From Patescibacteria group bacterium (GTDB lineage: Bacteria > Patescibacteriota > UBA1384 > DATEAH01), in NCBI GenBank assembly GCA_035288465.1, contig DATEAH010000005.1, forward strand, positions 67,636 through 131,635: DNA of 64,000 nucleotides, given 5' to 3'. Of this stretch, positions 39,127 to 47,697 are shown piece by piece (positions within the stretch are counted from its first letter, which is position 1; each line of letters starts with the position of its first letter). The notes beneath the pieces were generated by a model. It was given only the letters and a program-made list of their open reading frames with translations, searched no databases and had not been told where the DNA came from. The position numbers were made by a program, and so were the translations under genes.

Positions 39127-40773
39127 TTATCCTTCGGGCGAAGCAACCCTGAGCAATTCTTCTAAAGTGGTGAGTCCAAATTTGACTTTTTGAATACCAT
39201 CTTCAAACATAGATTTGTGCCCCTGAGTTCGAGCTAAGGCTTGAATTTGATTTGAAGAAGGATTTTTCAAAATCAAGCTATTTAATTCGCCAGAGTTTGG
39301 GATTAATTCAAAAATTGCCGTTCGTCCCTTAAAGCCGGTTTGGTTACAACTTGCACAACCCTTGCCCTCATAAAGGGTTTGATTCTCTTGAAAATATTTT
39401 TCAGCATTTGGAAGAATTTTTTTAAGGCTGGCTAATTTGACATTTTTTGAGTGACGACAACTTGGACAAATCTGGCGTACCAATCTTTGGGCAACCACTA
39501 ATTCCAAAGTCGAGGCCAAGAGAAATGGCTCAATACCCATATCTAAAAGTCTCGGAATTGCGGTCGAAGCATCATTGGCGTGAAAACTTGAAAGTAATAA
39601 GTGTCCTGTTAAAGCGGCATTAACGGCAATTTCGGCAGTTTCACGATCTCTAATTTCGCCAACCAAAATAATATCTGGATCTTGCCTGATAATTGAACGC
39701 AAACCTTTCGCAAAAGTTAAATTAGTCCGAGGATTGATTTGAATTTGACTGGTACCGACAATTCGATATTCAACTGGTTCTTCGATAGTGGTAATATTCA
39801 CTTCAGTGGCATTTAATATTTTGAGCAAAGCATATAAACTGGTAGTCTTACCAGAACCGGTCGGACCAGTGGCTAAAATCATCCCAAAAGGTTTTTTGGC
39901 AATTTTTTTTACTAATTCCTGATCAGTCGGAGAAAGTCCTATATCTTCTAAGGTAAAACTCCTCACATATTGGGAAAGTAAACGAATCGCTACGGTTTCT
40001 CCATCCAGGGTTGGCACGACCGAAATTCTCATATCAATTATTTCTGATTTATGAATAAGACGCATGGTGCCGTCTTGCGCCGCGTAATGTTCGTCGATTT
40101 GCATATTAGAGGAAACTTTGATGCGGTTTAAAATATTTTCATAAATTAATTTAGGTAATCTGCCCGCTTCTCTTAAAACACCGTCAATGCGAAATCTAAT
40201 AACTGCTTCTTTGCTTTGCGGTTCAAAATGGATATCTGAGGCTCTAAAAATCAAAGCATCTTCAATAATCGCTTGAATGATTTCTGGAGCGATTCTTTTT
40301 TCTGAAGCGATAATTTCGCTAAAACGAGTTTTAAGAGGCGCCTTATAGTGGATAAAGGCAGTTTCAATTTCTTCACCAAAAGCATAAGCTAATATAATTT
40401 TTTTATCTTTGAAAATTGTCTTTGTTTTCTCATCTAAAATCTGACTTGGATAATCTGTGGCTAAAATAACTTGATCTTCAGTTTCTTTAAACAACAAAAG
40501 GTGTAATTTTTTGGCAATTTCTTTGGGTATTCGCAAAACTTGTTCGCGAGTCGGTTGATAATAATTTAAATCCGCAAAAGCGACCTTATATTGCTCAGCG
40601 ATCGCTTGACCCAGGATAGCTTTACTAATAATACCGGTATTTAATAAATATTCAATCACTGAAACACGATTGAGTTTATGATTTTTTTCAGCTTGCTTGA
40701 GATCTTCTTTGGTAATATATTTTTCGCTTAAAAGGATTTCTTTGATCTTTTCTTCAAGAATTCCTAATTTCAT
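39127..40773 (-). CDS. pilB: type IV pilus assembly ATPase PilB (GspE family)
   Basis: Walker A GPTGSGKTT, Asp box, His box, tetracysteine motif CxxC...CxxC. Confidence 0.9.
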   Translation of the reverse strand: MKLGILEEKIKEILLSEKYITKEDLKQAEKNHKLNRVSVIEYLLNTGIISKAILGQAIAEQYKVAFADLNYYQPTREQVLRIPKEIAKKLHLLLFKETEDQVILATDYPSQILDEKTKTIFKDKKIILAYAFGEEIETAFIHYKAPLKTRFSEIIASEKRIAPEIIQAIIEDALIFRASDIHFEPQSKEAVIRFRIDGVLREAGRLPKLIYENILNRIKVSSNMQIDEHYAAQDGTMRLIHKSEIIDMRISVVPTLDGETVAIRLLSQYVRSFTLEDIGLSPTDQELVKKIAKKPFGMILATGPTGSGKTTSLYALLKILNATEVNITTIEEPVEYRIVGTSQIQINPRTNLTFAKGLRSIIRQDPDIILVGEIRDRETAEIAVNAALTGHLLLSSFHANDASTAIPRLLDMGIEPFLLASTLELVVAQRLVRQICPSCRHSKNVKLASLKKILPNAEKYFQENQTLYEGKGCASCNQTGFKGRTAIFELIPNSGELNSLILKNPSSNQIQALARTQGHKSMFEDGIQKVKFGLTTLEELLRVASPEG

Positions 40774-40806
40774 TTCCCTCCTTTGAAATTAGAACTGGCG
40801 GTATTT

Positions 40807-41190
40807 TTATTTTTTGAAAAAATCCTGAACGTGTTTAACAATTTCCACAATCGGCACATCAGATTTAATATAATATTCATTTGCGCCTAAATCTTTGGCT
40901 TTTTGAATATCTTCTTCTTGACTTAAATTCGAAAGAGCAATAATTGGGGTCTGGTTATGCATCACTTTTAATTTTTCCATCACCTCATATCCATCCATAT
41001 CAGGCATAATTAAATCTAAAACAATTAAATCAAAATTTTCTTTTTCTAATATTTGCATGGCTTTAATGCCATTATCTACAGACACAATTTTAAAACCCGC
41101 ATCTGATAATTTTAATTCAAGAGCTCTGGCTAAGGATTTTTCATCATCAGCCACAAGGATTTTTTTATAAATTGCTTTTGGGACAGCCAT
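40807..41190 (-). CDS. single-domain response regulator (CheY/PilH-like)
   Basis: KILVADDEKS...LDLIMPDMDGYE...K receiver motifs. Confidence 0.85.
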   Translation of the reverse strand: MAVPKAIYKKILVADDEKSLARALELKLSDAGFKIVSVDNGIKAMQILEKENFDLIVLDLIMPDMDGYEVMEKLKVMHNQTPIIALSNLSQEEDIQKAKDLGANEYYIKSDVPIVEIVKHVQDFFKK

Positions 41191-41285
41191 AAAAGCCTTT
41201 CCAAAATGATAAATTCATTTTCAATATTAAAAACTAATCGCCGATTAATAATGGCTAATTATATTTGAATGTTATTTCAAGATTA

Positions 41286-41603
41286 TTATAAAATCTTAAT
41301 CCAACCGTCAACTGCATTGACTAAAATTTTATCACCACTTCGAATTGCCAGGGTGGCATTTCTGGTGCCAACCAAACAAGGGATATCTTTTTCTTTGGAA
41401 ATAATCGCCGCATGTGAAGTCAAGCCGCTTTCATCAGTAATAATGGCGCCGGCTTTTTTAAGCGTGGAGGCAATACCAGGATTAATCGAGTGGGCGACAA
41501 AAATCTCACCTTTTTTAAAACCTGTTAAATCAGCTTTGGTGCCAATAATTTTTGCAATCCCAGTATATTTGCCTGGATTTGCGACTATTCCCTTAATTGT
41601 CAT
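41286..41603 (-). CDS. stand-alone PEP-utilizing enzyme mobile (phosphohistidine) domain protein
   Basis: 105 aa; ITDESGLTSHAAIISKEKDIPCLVG matches PEP-utilizers GGxTSHAAI phospho-His motif. Confidence 0.7.
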   Translation of the reverse strand: MTIKGIVANPGKYTGIAKIIGTKADLTGFKKGEIFVAHSINPGIASTLKKAGAIITDESGLTSHAAIISKEKDIPCLVGTRNATLAIRSGDKILVNAVDGWIKIL

Positions 41604-41698
41604 CGCATCCCCTTTGTAATTTGATTATACCACAAATTATACTAAAAATAAAAAAGAGGCGATAGGCAATTCCGGCGGAAAATAATTTCCAACTAGAA

Positions 41699-42211
41699 TT
41701 AGCCGTGCCTCTGGCTAAAAGATCGGGGTGGTGGTTGGTTATAGGTGATGAAAACACAAATTGCTTCCACAATTGAAAATGGCCAATCCTCACCAGAACA
41801 AATGATTGATCCTTGATGGTTGTGCTTATCTTCAATTAAGCAATGCAAACTTGCGCTTGGTCCCATCTTAAAAGTCATTAAATATTCTGCCTCAGCTGGG
41901 TTTTGGCAAATCTTGGCGCCTTTGCTGCGCAAATATTGTTCGAAGGAAAGCCTTGCTTGATTGACGCCACATGAGTATGTTGTGCTATTAATATGGAAGG
42001 TCCTGTTTGTAACCTTAATGGAGATTGTAATTTCATCAATAAAAATACGGATAAAGATAAAGAAAGCTAAAAGAGCTAAAATTGTTAAAGGGATTATTGG
42101 CGATAATTTAAAACCGTTAAGATAGGCTGAGGTAATTTTTCCCGCAACAACAACAATAAATAATAAGCTCGCCGATGTTAATATCCATCTTATGATTTGG
42201 CACTTATTCAA
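41699..42211 (-). CDS. membrane protein
   Basis: 170 aa, two N-terminal TM helices. Confidence 0.5.
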   Translation of the reverse strand: MNKCQIIRWILTSASLLFIVVVAGKITSAYLNGFKLSPIIPLTILALLAFFIFIRIFIDEITISIKVTNRTFHINSTTYSCGVNQARLSFEQYLRSKGAKICQNPAEAEYLMTFKMGPSASLHCLIEDKHNHQGSIICSGEDWPFSIVEAICVFITYNQPPPRSFSQRHG

Positions 42212-42311
42212 GAGGTTAACCCTCCTTCATGAGTTCTGGAAAAACCAAACCAATATTTCGATTATATTCTACTTTTAACTAAAAATCAAAACCCAAATTA
42301 ACAGCCAGAAT

Positions 42312-43241
42312 TTAACAGCCAGAATCTACTCTTAAAAGAGGGCTATTTATTTTTTCTTCATAATTTAAGATCGTGGTAATATTTTTATTTTCAATTGTCG
42401 TCAATAACGAATTTGAATAGCTCGTATTTACACTATACCAATTCTGTTGGGCAAAATAACATTGTAAATCTTTATGAACAAAAGCTCGGCCATGTCTGGC
42501 ATATATTTCATTTCTGGCGACTTTTAGCAACCAAGGGGTTAAATTAATTAATTCAGATTCTGAAATTATTCGCGTATTTGAATCACTAATCACATAATTA
42601 TTCGTGGGAGTAGTTCCAGATTTAGTAGCTGACGAAGTTGATTGAGAGGAGTTAGTCGGAGGAGTCAGATCATAATCATAATCGGTACTGGCAGTAAATT
42701 GACCAAGTTGTAAAGAAAGCTTAATATTGACCTTGCTGGTGGCGTTATTTTTTTCAAAATTTAAATAAGCTTGAAAATCTTTTTCTTCAATCCTTATCCG
42801 GGCTGCGCCGCCACCCGTAGAATATCCGCGGCTACCCAAACCCCATTTTTGGTCAGAGGCTAAAAGCATATAATGATAATAAACTTGAGTCAGACTATCG
42901 GTGGTTTCCATTGTTTTTTCAATACTTTCATTAGTACCGGTTCCCTTTTCGGATTTAGTAACAACTGAAGCTGGATATTTTAGAGCCTCTTCGAGATTTT
43001 GCAAAGTTTGGGAACTATTCTGGGTCGTGGTGGTAGTGGGTGTGCTGGTCTTTTTTAATTTAGCGGCTAAGTATCGCCAACCGAAAAATCCGCCAACTCC
43101 CAATAAGATTAGAGCAAAAACAATTATTAAAATAATAATCAACAGCGTCTTGCTGCCTTTATTTGGCGCAGGTGTTGATGGTGTGGGCGAAGCAGGCACT
43201 GGAGACGGTTTTGGTGTAGATTCAGTTTTAGAATCTACCAT
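42312..43241 (-). CDS. YARHG-domain membrane-anchored protein
   Basis: N-terminal TM; C-terminal ...RNEIYARHGRAF... YARHG motif. Confidence 0.7.
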   Translation of the reverse strand: MVDSKTESTPKPSPVPASPTPSTPAPNKGSKTLLIIILIIVFALILLGVGGFFGWRYLAAKLKKTSTPTTTTTQNSSQTLQNLEEALKYPASVVTKSEKGTGTNESIEKTMETTDSLTQVYYHYMLLASDQKWGLGSRGYSTGGGAARIRIEEKDFQAYLNFEKNNATSKVNIKLSLQLGQFTASTDYDYDLTPPTNSSQSTSSATKSGTTPTNNYVISDSNTRIISESELINLTPWLLKVARNEIYARHGRAFVHKDLQCYFAQQNWYSVNTSYSNSLLTTIENKNITTILNYEEKINSPLLRVDSGC

Positions 43242-43321
43242 TTCCCCTCCTTTTTTAACGCTAAAATTCTTGCGATAACTTTATCATACCATATTAAGAA
43301 TAATATTTAACCTATTTATAT

Positions 43322-43729
43322 TTAATTTATTATATTTTTCAGAAAAAATTTCAAATCTAAACTAGTTTTTTGCGTAAGATCATATTGAGCGATTTTTGAA
43401 ATATCAATCCAGCTAAAATCTGCTCCCTCTTTTAAAGTCATGGCTGATTTCGCCAAATCACTTTCAACATAAAAAACATAACGATAAGTATTAAATTCTT
43501 TGTTTAAATAATCTCGAACTGGTTTGATTTGTTCAGTCTGGATATTGATACCTAATTCTTCTTTTAATTCACGAATAAAACAATCTTTTGGTGATTCTGA
43601 TTTTTGGTTTAAACCACCAAAAAAAGCCCATTTTCCAGGATTAAATTTAGTTTTAAAATCCCTTTGGTGTAAAAGGATGGTTTTGTTTTTCGGATTATAT
43701 AAAAACCCGCCGGCCCAAAATTTTTCCAT
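43322..43729 (-). CDS. NUDIX hydrolase
   Basis: Nudix box GGLNQKSESPKDCFIRELKEELGI. Confidence 0.85.
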   Translation of the reverse strand: MEKFWAGGFLYNPKNKTILLHQRDFKTKFNPGKWAFFGGLNQKSESPKDCFIRELKEELGINIQTEQIKPVRDYLNKEFNTYRYVFYVESDLAKSAMTLKEGADFSWIDISKIAQYDLTQKTSLDLKFFLKNIIN

Positions 43730-43864
43730 AATTCCATTTTAACCAAAAAATCAATCAATCTCAAATATTAAAGTCTTGATTTTAAACATTAATCATATTA
43801 CAGCCATAATCAGCGTGTAAAAAATACAACGCGAAAGATAAGCCCTGGAGGTGAGTCCTATTTT

Positions 43865-44236
43865 TTATTTCTCGAAAGGTTCTTTAATAATTTTTTTGGC
43901 TTCTTCAACGCCTTTGCGGGCGGCTTCGCCAACTTCCTCGGCACCCTCTTTAGCGGTGCTGCCAATAGCCGTTACAGCTTTTTTAGAAACCTCCTCAACC
44001 GCTTCTTCGGTAGTTTTTCCCGAACCCTCCAAAGCCTTTACGACCCCAACAAAAACCCCTTTAACGCCTTCGGTAACATCAACTACACCCTCTTTGCCAA
44101 GATCAATAATGGCGCCAAAAATATCGCCAATGTCATGCGTGCCTTCTTTGACAATGTCGGCGGTGGTTTTCATTAAAGCTTCTGAGACTTCGCCAGTCCC
44201 CTCAACTGAACTTTTTAAAATCTCTTTTAAATCCAT
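43865..44236 (-). CDS. hypothetical Ala/Glu/Lys-rich repetitive protein
   Basis: 123 aa; aaggagg RBS; the overlapping plus-strand ORF 43851-44324 lacks RBS. Confidence 0.5.
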   Translation of the reverse strand: MDLKEILKSSVEGTGEVSEALMKTTADIVKEGTHDIGDIFGAIIDLGKEGVVDVTEGVKGVFVGVVKALEGSGKTTEEAVEEVSKKAVTAIGSTAKEGAEEVGEAARKGVEEAKKIIKEPFEK

Positions 44237-44312
44237 TTTCCTCCTTAAAATTATTTTTTTATTTCAAGATATTTCTGTGCTTAAAAAACTTATCCTTCGA
44301 AATCTTGGCAAA

Positions 44313-44390
44313 TGGGGTGGCTGATGGGATTTGAACCCACGATTTCCAGTACCACAAACTGGCGCTTTAGACCGCTAAGCTACAGCCACC
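44313..44390 (-). tRNA. tRNA-His (anticodon GTG) with encoded G-1 and CCA
   Basis: g-gtggctg/cagccac-c-cca, anticodon stem ccagt/actgg, loop ttGTGgt. Confidence 0.85.
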
Positions 44391-44395
44391 ATATT

Positions 44396-44947
44396 TTATT
44401 TCACAATGCTGACTTCTATAGAATCGTCGAGAAAATGATGCGGATTTGAATCATATTTTTCTGATTTTCTAACTTCATTCAAATAATCTTTCATGACATG
44501 GCTTTCAGATTGGGCTCTTGAGGCTAAAATAATTGAACCTGGGTGTAATTTTTTTTCTAACATTTTTAGATATGTTGAATTTTCTTCGGGGTTAGCATCC
44601 AAAAAAACCAAATCAAATTTAATATCCATGACGGGTAAAGTTTCTAAAATATCGCCAGAAATAACCTCAACAATATGATCTAATTCGGCGGATCTAACTG
44701 TTTGCATTAATATTTGGATGGCATGAAAATTGCTCTCCGCGGCAAACAAATGACCATCTTCGGGCATTGCCGCCGCTAAAAATAAACTGGCATAGCCAAT
44801 ACCGGCGCCAATATCTAAAACATTTTTAGGTTGATTTTTTTGCACGGTTTCGCCCAAAAAGATGGCCTCTTCGCGGCTAATAATGGGAATTCTTTGCATG
44901 GCGGCTTCTTCTTCTAATTTGCTGATTAAATATTCATATGTTTGCAT
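44396..44947 (-). CDS. SAM-dependent O-methyltransferase (class I)
   Basis: VLDIGAGIGYASLFLA motif I; start at MQTYEY after AGGAGG RBS; ORF track's longer version overlaps tRNA-Arg. Confidence 0.8.
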   Translation of the reverse strand: MQTYEYLISKLEEEAAMQRIPIISREEAIFLGETVQKNQPKNVLDIGAGIGYASLFLAAAMPEDGHLFAAESNFHAIQILMQTVRSAELDHIVEVISGDILETLPVMDIKFDLVFLDANPEENSTYLKMLEKKLHPGSIILASRAQSESHVMKDYLNEVRKSEKYDSNPHHFLDDSIEVSIVK

Positions 44948-44967
44948 TTTGCCTCCTAATATTGGCT

Positions 44968-45043
44968 TGGCACCCTCGGCCAGAATCGAACTGGCAACCT
45001 CCACCTTAGAAGGGTGTTGCTCTATCCGTTGAGCTACGAGGGC
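44968..45043 (-). tRNA. tRNA-Arg (anticodon TCT), CCA encoded
   Basis: acceptor gccctcg/cgagggt (G1-U72), anticodon loop ctTCTaa, T-arm ttgcc-agttcga... Confidence 0.8.
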
Positions 45044-45143
45044 ACAATTTTCAATACCTAAATCAAGCATATTATAACACAAAATAGAAGTGATTTAAAC
45101 TTTTATTTTGAGTTTATATTTTTAAAAAAGAGCTAAATTGTTT

Positions 45144-46199
45144 TTAGAGTCCGGCTTCAAGTTTTTTACGGCGATGAATCAAATACCAAAGCAAAAAGCC
45201 CAAAATTGCTACTCCGGCTAAGCCAAAAAATGCTAAATAAATTGGATCTGTCCAATTTATTTGGTCAATAGATAAACCATTGGTGGACGTGGATTTTTTC
45301 GTGCTACTTTTAGCTAGGGTAATTTCGGCTTCGTTGGAGTTAACTGATTCTTTAGTGCCTTTGTAGGCTCGAACCATATAAGTATATTTTATATCTGTGG
45401 TTACATTAGAATTAATAAAATTAGTAATAGCAGATGTGGTTTGTGCAACTTGCTTAAAATCTTTAACCTCGCCGCCTTTGCGAAAAACTCGATAACCATC
45501 AACATTGGTGGTGACAGATTTTGTCCAAGAAATTTTTGCCGCGGTTTTTGAGTCTGAGGTGATTTTTTCGGCTCTGACGGCGGTTGGAGCTTTAATGGTG
45601 GTGGTAGTATTGGCAGCGGGTGAAGCCCCAGCATTAGTAGAAGTATCGACACCAGTTGGAGTATCATCAGCATCAGCAGGCGCAGCAGGCGGCGTGGTAT
45701 CAATTCCAAAAGTTTTAAAACCAAAGTCTTTATCATTATCAACAGTTGAATCCCAATAAGCGTGGCCATTGACGTATTTATTACTATCAGTATATGACCA
45801 TTGCGTGTTTGTGGTTGAAGCATTTAAATAAATACTGTAAGTTTGTCCAGGAACAACATCAATATTGGTGATATCAAAACTATTCCAACCATTAATAGCG
45901 GCTTGGCCAAACATTTGCGTCAAAACCGTACCCGCTTCACCCGAACGAACATATAGATCGAGGGTACCAACAGCATTTGTGATATAGACCACAACCATGG
46001 TTAATTTTTCCATGGTGGGTTTAAAAGTTTGCCCGATCCGCTGATGGCTTTTAATTGCCAATGAGCCATCTGAACTGGTCACTTCATGACTTTGATCTAA
46101 GGTACCATCAGCCGCCTGAAGCGTCCCGCTTGAGGCAAAAACCAAGGTAAAAATCGCAAAACTAACCAAGATATTAAAAATCTTTTTAATCTTGAACAT
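45144..46199 (-). CDS. secreted surface protein with fibronectin-III-like domain and C-terminal TM anchor
   Basis: Signal peptide, FN3-like segment (ISWTKS...GYRVFR...YTYMVRAY), C-terminal hydrophobic helix plus RRKK. Confidence 0.6.
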   Translation of the reverse strand: MFKIKKIFNILVSFAIFTLVFASSGTLQAADGTLDQSHEVTSSDGSLAIKSHQRIGQTFKPTMEKLTMVVVYITNAVGTLDLYVRSGEAGTVLTQMFGQAAINGWNSFDITNIDVVPGQTYSIYLNASTTNTQWSYTDSNKYVNGHAYWDSTVDNDKDFGFKTFGIDTTPPAAPADADDTPTGVDTSTNAGASPAANTTTTIKAPTAVRAEKITSDSKTAAKISWTKSVTTNVDGYRVFRKGGEVKDFKQVAQTTSAITNFINSNVTTDIKYTYMVRAYKGTKESVNSNEAEITLAKSSTKKSTSTNGLSIDQINWTDPIYLAFFGLAGVAILGFLLWYLIHRRKKLEAGL

Positions 46200-46301
46200 T
46201 CCCCCTCCTTTTAGAATTAGGTTATAGGTTTCAGGTTCGAGGTTTTAGTTAAAATTAGAAGCTATCACATAGAAGCTATAACCTATTTTATTATTTAAAA
46301 T

Positions 46302-46646
46302 TTAAAAACCATTTGGCAATAAAATCCAGATAAATCTATTATACCCAAGGACTGCTGATAATACAATTAGAAGTCCGGCTTCGACAATAACTACTCCCCA
46401 CAACCAAGTACGATTTTCTAATTTTTTATAATAGATTAAAGAAAGCATCACAAAAATTGTTAAACTGCCGACCAGCATGAGTGAACCCATTGTCATATCA
46501 AAGGTTTTGGGGCTTGCGATCCAAGTGGCTTGTGGATTTCTGATTTTAGCGTATTCATATTCCAAAAAACTGCTACCGAGCCAAAAAAATCCTGCTGCCA
46601 AGATTAAAAGTAATAAATTATTTAGATGTTTGATGTTTTTTTTCAT
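46302..46646 (-). CDS. membrane protein
   Basis: 114 aa, 3-4 TM helices. Confidence 0.5.
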   Translation of the reverse strand: MKKNIKHLNNLLLLILAAGFFWLGSSFLEYEYAKIRNPQATWIASPKTFDMTMGSLMLVGSLTIFVMLSLIYYKKLENRTWLWGVVIVEAGLLIVLSAVLGYNRFIWILLPNGF

Positions 46647-47266
46647 TTATTTGATACTTCTTTTATCACCCCATATTTGGCAATTTTTTGATGATTTCTT
46701 TCTGCCCACCAAATATCACCATATGACCAATGCCAATACTCACTTGGATAATTTGATAAACCAGCCTTAGCCAATGCTGTAAACATTATTTTCCGATTAT
46801 TTTGAAGATACACCGGCAATTTAGATTGAATGGATTTGGCATTTTCTTGATAAGATAATTTTGAGCTTTTCATCGGTACTTTTCGGTCATTCTTCCACAA
46901 CCTCAAATCTACGGCTCCACCAGTCATATGGCCGGAGGCATATTTGCCATCAGCGGGGGCAACATATTTTTCAACTTCTTTGATAATTCTTTTTTCTGAC
47001 CATTTGGGATATTTTTTAGTAAATTTACAGATAAAGTCTTTAAAAATTTTTCTTTGAACATATTGTGGCCGCCACGCATCACCAATAATAAAGGTCATTC
47101 CGTTTGGTAAAAATTTTTCTGCTTTTTGCAACATTTTAGCAACAGTTTTTCTTAAATATGCGGTTTTTTCTTTTTTCATTCTTGAAGCATCTAAATCAAT
47201 CACAAAATTAGGACATAATTTTTTAAGATTAACCAAAGGCTCATTTGATTCAATAATTTTTATCAT
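46643..47266 (-). CDS. D-Ala-D-Ala dipeptidase (VanX-like, peptidase M15)
   Basis: DAWRP, SGHMTGGAVDL, EYWHW motifs of VanX family. Confidence 0.8.
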   Translation of the reverse strand: MIKIIESNEPLVNLKKLCPNFVIDLDASRMKKEKTAYLRKTVAKMLQKAEKFLPNGMTFIIGDAWRPQYVQRKIFKDFICKFTKKYPKWSEKRIIKEVEKYVAPADGKYASGHMTGGAVDLRLWKNDRKVPMKSSKLSYQENAKSIQSKLPVYLQNNRKIMFTALAKAGLSNYPSEYWHWSYGDIWWAERNHQKIAKYGVIKEVSNK

Positions 47267-47282
47267 TAGGGTAATAACTTCT

Positions 47283-47450
47283 AGTGGGTAACGAGAGTCG
47301 AAGGGCTGAAGCCCGTCTCAACGCAATTGAATTAAAATTTATTTAATGTTTTTGCTAAAATATCACGTTGATTTTAATAAGTGACTAACGCTTCGGGTTC
47401 GACACACTTACTTATTTCTTTTTGCCGTTTTTAGACGGTACAAAGAAATA
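47283..47450 (-). mobile_element. putative miniature tRNA-linked element B (downstream of tRNA-Trp, upstream of vanX-like gene)
   Basis: Terminator-like hairpin, gaacccgaagcg block, promoter-like block, conserved hairpin gggcttcagccc, 20-nt duplicate of tRNA-Trp 3' end (47283-47302, 2 mismatches). Confidence 0.4.
47338..47366 (-). promoter_or_regulatory. sigma70-like promoter GTGATA-17-AATAAA inside element B
   Basis: Minus-strand gtgatattttagcaaaaacattaaataaa; would transcribe hairpin + tRNA-end copy + vanX-like gene. Confidence 0.4.
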
Positions 47451-47522
47451 AGCGGGTAACGGGAGTCGAACCCGTGTCTTCAGCTTGGAAAGCTGACATA
47501 ATAACCACTATACGATACCCGC
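47451..47522 (-). tRNA. tRNA-Trp (anticodon CCA), no encoded CCA end
   Basis: acceptor gcgggta/tacccgc, anticodon stem cagct/agctg, loop ttCCAag, T-arm acggg-ttcgact-cccgt. Confidence 0.85.
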
Positions 47523-47526
47523 AAAC

Positions 47527-47603
47527 TGGTCGGGGTGGTGAGATTTGAACTCACGATCTCCACGTCCCAAACGTGGCGCCTTAAGCCACTAGGCCACACC
47601 CCG
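47527..47603 (-). tRNA. tRNA-Pro (anticodon TGG), CCA encoded
   Basis: acceptor cggggtg/caccccg, anticodon stem ccacg/cgtgg, loop ttTGGga. Confidence 0.85.
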
Positions 47604-47697
47604 TTAAAAATTCAAATTATAAATTCAAAATAATATTCGAACTTCGAATTTATTTAATTATACTTGAAAATTGACAAAAAATCCAGATTAATTTAAA

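Noticed and set aside
41269-41619. 116-aa plus-strand ORF
   Set aside because: Exactly antisense to the well-supported PEP-utilizer domain gene, and it has no RBS.
43851-44324. 157-aa plus-strand ORF overlapping 43865-44236
   Set aside because: The minus-strand ORF has a canonical aaggagg RBS, while the plus-strand frame has none. The plus ORF has low-complexity Ser/Thr/Pro composition typical of antisense translation of an Ala/Glu/Lys-rich gene.
44396-45082. Long version (228 aa) of the O-methyltransferase ORF
   Set aside because: Its N-terminal 45 codons run through tRNA-Arg(TCT). An internal ATG with a perfect AGGAGG RBS at 44947 gives the real start.
45401-45823. 140-aa minus-strand and 84-aa plus-strand ORFs inside the FN3 surface-protein gene
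   Set aside because: Alternative frames of a Thr/Ala/Pro-rich region, with no independent signals.
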